Shown here in pieces: positions 7,699-10,296 of a stretch of 10,296 bases of DNA (positions are counted from its first letter, which is position 1; each line of letters opens with the position of its first letter). This stretch comes from a virus. Location: the UHGV virus genome UHGV-0268189; one strand, 5' to 3'. Both the position numbers and the translations under genes were made by a program. The notes below the pieces were generated by a model, which made no database searches, was not told the origin of the DNA, and saw nothing but the letters and a program-made list of their open reading frames with translations.

Positions 7699-7711
7699 AA
7701 AAAAATCCCGT

Positions 7712-7736
7712 AAAAAAAGCCGCACAGGCGGCCTTT
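7712..7736 (-). terminator. Intrinsic-terminator-like hairpin in the D-E intergenic region (stem GCCGC/GCGGC, loop CUGU, then U7)
   Basis: Sense strand 5'-AAAGGCCGCCUGUGCGGCUUUUUUUACGGGAUUUUUUU-AUG(E). Plus-strand stem arms at 7719-7723 and 7728-7732, flanked by A7 at 7712-7718. Confidence 0.45.
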
Positions 7737-7753
7737 AGTGATGAAGGGTAAGG

Positions 7754-8086
7754 TTAAACGATGCTGATTGCCGTTCCGGCAAACGCGGTCCGTTTTTTCG
7801 TCTCGTCGCTGGCAGCCTCCGGCCAGAGCACATCCTCATAACGGAACGTGCCGGACTTGTAGAACGTCAGCGTGGTGCTGGTCTGGTCAGCAGCAACCGC
7901 AAGAATGCCAACGGCAGCACCGTCGGTGGTGCCATCCCACGCAACCAGCTTACGGGTGGAGGTATCCGGCATCAGCGGGGTCATTGCAGGCGCTTTCGCA
8001 CTCAATCCGCCGGGCGCGGTTGCGGTATGAGCCGGGTCACTGTTGCCCAGCGGCTGGTAATGGGTAAAGGTTTCTTTGCTCGTCAT
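7754..8086 (-). CDS. D: Head decoration protein D (110 aa)
   Basis: Start at the Met giving [110 protein letters not shown], near-identical to lambda D; 333 nt and 9-nt gap after C as in lambda. Confidence 0.95.
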   Translation of the reverse strand: MTSKETFTHYQPLGNSDPAHTATAPGGLSAKAPAMTPLMPDTSTRKLVAWDGTTDGAAVGILAVAADQTSTTLTFYKSGTFRYEDVLWPEAASDETKKRTAFAGTAISIV

Positions 8087-8095
8087 AAACATCCC

Positions 8096-8701
8096 TTACA
8101 CTGGTGTGTTCAGCAAATCGTTAACGGCATCAGATGCCAGGTTACCTGCAGCCAGCGGTGCCGGTGCCCCCTGCATCAGACGATCCAGCGCAGTATCACT
8201 GCGCGCCTGTGCACTCTGTGGTGCTGCGGCCAGAATGCGGCGGGCCGTTTCCACGGTCATACCGGGGGTTTCTGCCAGCACGCGGGCCTGTTCTTCGCGT
8301 CCGTGAGCCTCCTCACAGTTGAGGATCCCCATAATGCGGCTGTTTTCTGCCGCAACCGCAGCGTTGATCTGCGCGTTCACGTCCGGCTGCGCCGCGCTGG
8401 CGTTTTGGCCCTCCATCGCTGGCACCACGCCAGTAACGTCAGCCTGCGAAGCAGTGGCTGAAACAGTTGTTGATTGAGTCTCTTTGGTCATTCGCCCTCC
8501 TGAGAGACGGGATTTACGTGCATCCAGTGCATCACGCATGATGGTGATCGCATCGGTACTGTTAACAAGTTCATCAGCCAGTCCGGCATCAATGGCCTCC
8601 TGACCGCTGTACACTGCAGCCTCGGTATCCAGCACAGCCTGCACGGACAGGCCGGTATATGCCGACACCTTCTGTGCAAACATCCGGCGGGTTGCATCCA
8701 T
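8096..8701 (-). CDS. nu3: Capsid scaffolding protein Nu3 (201 aa), in-frame internal start within C
   Basis: ATG at 8699-8701 in the C frame (MDATRRMFAQKVSAYTGLSVQAVLD...); same stop as C; 606 nt as in lambda Nu3. Confidence 0.8.
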   Translation of the reverse strand: MDATRRMFAQKVSAYTGLSVQAVLDTEAAVYSGQEAIDAGLADELVNSTDAITIMRDALDARKSRLSGGRMTKETQSTTVSATASQADVTGVVPAMEGQNASAAQPDVNAQINAAVAAENSRIMGILNCEEAHGREEQARVLAETPGMTVETARRILAAAPQSAQARSDTALDRLMQGAPAPLAAGNLASDAVNDLLNTPV

Positions 8702-9415
8702 CCGGGACTGCAGTGTTTCCCGGACATCATCCGGTAGATGGCTGTAGGGGTTGCCATCCACCTTATGGCTGCCGCTGTAAATCAGCGTGATTTCCACGCC
8801 CTGTTTCTCCAGCGCAGCACCGTAATTACTGTGAGCCATCATGACGCCGATGGAGCCTGTCCGGGCGGTCTGCGTGACCAGACGCCGGGAGGCGGCACTG
8901 GCAAGCAGCTGACCTGCGCTGCAGTTCATGTCATTGGCCAGCGCCCATACCGGCTTTATGTCACGCACACGGGCGATGATGTCAGCGCAGTCAAATGCCC
9001 CTGCCACCATTCCGCCGGGCGTGTCCATATCCAGCAGAATGCCGTCCACCATCGGGTCGCTGGCAGCCTGTTGCAGACGGGCGATAATGCCGTTGTAACC
9101 GGTCATCCCCGAATACGGCTGCAGCGCCCGCGTCCGGCAGACCAGCGTGCCGGAAACCGGCAGCACGGCGATGCCGTTCATGACCTGATAACTGCGGGCC
9201 TGTCGTGGTACGTCATCATTAACGGATAACGCCAGCTTCGCGGGTGCCTCTCCGGCAGTCAGGCTGTCACCGGACACCGCATCCGTCAGGCGGCTGATCC
9301 CAAGCTGGCCTGCAAGCGCACAAAAGAAAACCCGCGCATAGGCGGGTTCAAGCATAAGCGGCTCATTAAAGGCCATGCTGGCAATATGCGGGAGATTACG
9401 CAGCTCTGCTGTCAC
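8096..9415 (-). CDS. C: Head protease / minor capsid protein C (439 aa, GTG start)
   Basis: From GTG at 9413-9415 (RBS GAGGAGGAG at 9420-9428) the frame gives (M)TAELRNLPHIASMAFNEPLMLEPAYARVFFCALAGQLGIS...NDLLNTPV, near-identical to lambda C; 1320 nt; 20-nt overlap with the B 3' end as in lambda. Confidence 0.93.
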   Translation of the reverse strand: MTAELRNLPHIASMAFNEPLMLEPAYARVFFCALAGQLGISRLTDAVSGDSLTAGEAPAKLALSVNDDVPRQARSYQVMNGIAVLPVSGTLVCRTRALQPYSGMTGYNGIIARLQQAASDPMVDGILLDMDTPGGMVAGAFDCADIIARVRDIKPVWALANDMNCSAGQLLASAASRRLVTQTARTGSIGVMMAHSNYGAALEKQGVEITLIYSGSHKVDGNPYSHLPDDVRETLQSRMDATRRMFAQKVSAYTGLSVQAVLDTEAAVYSGQEAIDAGLADELVNSTDAITIMRDALDARKSRLSGGRMTKETQSTTVSATASQADVTGVVPAMEGQNASAAQPDVNAQINAAVAAENSRIMGILNCEEAHGREEQARVLAETPGMTVETARRILAAAPQSAQARSDTALDRLMQGAPAPLAAGNLASDAVNDLLNTPV

Positions 9416-10155
9416 TCTTCTCCTCCTCTGTTGATTGTCGCAGTCCGGATTCAAATGCCGCAGCCGCCCAGGCGGGCGGTTTAAGACCGGCTGCACGGCG
9501 CTCCATCGTTTCACGGACCTGCTGGGCAAAAATTTCCTGATAGTCGTCACCGCGTTTTGCGCACTCTTTCTCGTAGGTACTCAGTCCGGCTTCTATCAGC
9601 ATCACCGCTTCCTGAACTTCTTTCAGACCATCGATGGCCATACGACCGGAGCCTATCCAGTCACAGTTCCCCCAGGCGCTGCGGGCTTCCTGAAAGCTGA
9701 AACGCGCTTTTGAAGGTAACGTCACCACGCGGCGAACGATGGCCTCTTCCAGCCAGCACAGAAACATCTGGCTCGCCTGACGGGATGCGACGAATTTTCG
9801 CCGCCCCATAAAGTACGCCCACGACTCGTTCGCACTGGCCCGTGCCGTGGAATAGCTCATCTGGGCGTAATTCCGGGAAAGCTGCTCATACGAGACACCC
9901 AGCCCGGCAGCGATATACCGCAACAGTGACTGCTCAAACACGGAGTAGCCGTTATCCGTATCCTGAGCCGTCTGCAGGTTCAGTGAGTCACCCGGCATCA
10001 GGTGCGGCACTTTTGCGCCTCCCAGCCGAACCGGTGCTGCGGCGTAATACGCGGCAATTTCACCAATCCAGCCGGTCAGCTTGTCCCGCTGCTCCTGACT
10101 GTTCGCGCCCAGAATAAAATCCATCGCTGACTGCGTATCCAGCTCACTCTCAATG
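9396..10155 (-). CDS. B: Portal protein B, C-terminal ~253 codons only; upstream part replaced by foldback junction
   Basis: Minus frame reads IESELDTQSAMDFILGANSQEQRDKLTGWIGEIAAYYAAAPVRLGG...STEEEKSDSRAA*, matching the lambda B C-terminal half. Upstream of about 10155 the frame reads unrelated residues and hits a stop at 10194-10196. The ORF-track start at 10124 is an internal Met. Confidence 0.85.
9420..9428 (-). promoter_or_regulatory. Ribosome binding site for C (GAGGAGGAG)
   Basis: Reverse complement of ctcctcctc, 4 nt upstream of the GTG at 9415. Confidence 0.6.
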
Positions 10156-10296
10156 CCCGTGGAGGACGGGCAGACCCGCGGTGCAAATGTGTTTTACAGC
10201 GTGATGGAGCAGATGAAGATGCTCGACACGCTGCAGAACACGCAGCTGCAGAGCGCCATTGTGAAGGCGATGTATGCCGCCACCATTGAGAGTGAG
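10143..10296. repeat. Inverted repeat, arms 10143-10155 and 10284-10296 (right arm cut by window edge), spacer 128 bp
   Basis: Reverse complement of 10284-10296 (cattgagagtgag) equals 10143-10155; mismatch at 10156/10283. Confidence 0.7.
10150..10296 (+). CDS. B: Portal protein B internal fragment in plus orientation, partial, runs off right window edge
   Basis: Plus frame from 10150: SMPVEDGQTRGANVFYSVMEQMKMLDTLQNTQLQSAIVKAMYAATIESE, the B segment immediately N-terminal of IESELDTQSAMDF in lambda. Confidence 0.8.

Larger units (their letters stand above)
1..10296. mobile_element. Lambda-like phage/prophage structural (head-tail morphogenesis) module, internally rearranged
   Basis: Contiguous minus-strand gene order B-C/Nu3-D-E-FI-FII-Z-U-V-G/T-H-M with lambda-like sizes, overlaps (B/C 20 nt, Z/U ATGA, H/M ATGA) and protein sequences matching my recollection of lambda. 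Confidence 0.9.

Noticed and set aside
7699-7725. ORF-track extensions giving a 350-aa E and, at 8087-8092, a 112-aa D
   Set aside because: The extensions (MRLFLRDFF before E; MF before D) are absent from lambda E and D. The E extension would run through the intergenic hairpin and U-tract, and the internal Mets give exactly lambda-length proteins.
9396-10124. ORF-track call of a complete 242-aa CDS starting at Met 10124
   Set aside because: That Met is the internal M of ...LDTQSAMDFILG... in portal protein B. Collinear B homology continues upstream to about 10155 and then ends at the foldback, so this is a 5'-truncated portal fragment.
1-10296. Search for tRNA/rRNA genes, CRISPR arrays, IS elements, integrase/attachment site or cos
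   Set aside because: No cloverleaf-like tRNA sequence, no short direct-repeat/spacer array and no transposase-like ORF with terminal inverted repeats. The window is filled by late structural genes; integrase/attachment site and cos would lie outside this region in a lambda-like phage.

Overview
This window is the late morphogenesis (head and tail) region of a lambda-like phage or prophage. On the minus strand it carries, in canonical lambda order, B (3' part), C/Nu3, D, E, FI, FII, Z, U, V, G/T, H and M. Identifications rest on my recalled lambda protein sequences, not a database search: head genes look near-identical to lambda, tail genes more diverged. The main finding is structural. The locus is built of segments of alternating orientation joined by four perfect foldback (inverted-repeat) junctions with 116-152 bp spacers: at the left edge (truncating L and the end of M), twice inside V (disrupting the major tail protein), and at the right edge (inside B). 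Removing the foldbacks would restore intact M and V (250 aa) and join the two B pieces in frame. The sequence alone cannot tell whether this is template-switch rearrangement in a decaying prophage or an amplification/assembly chimera. I found no rRNA, tRNA, CRISPR array, IS element, integrase or attachment site.
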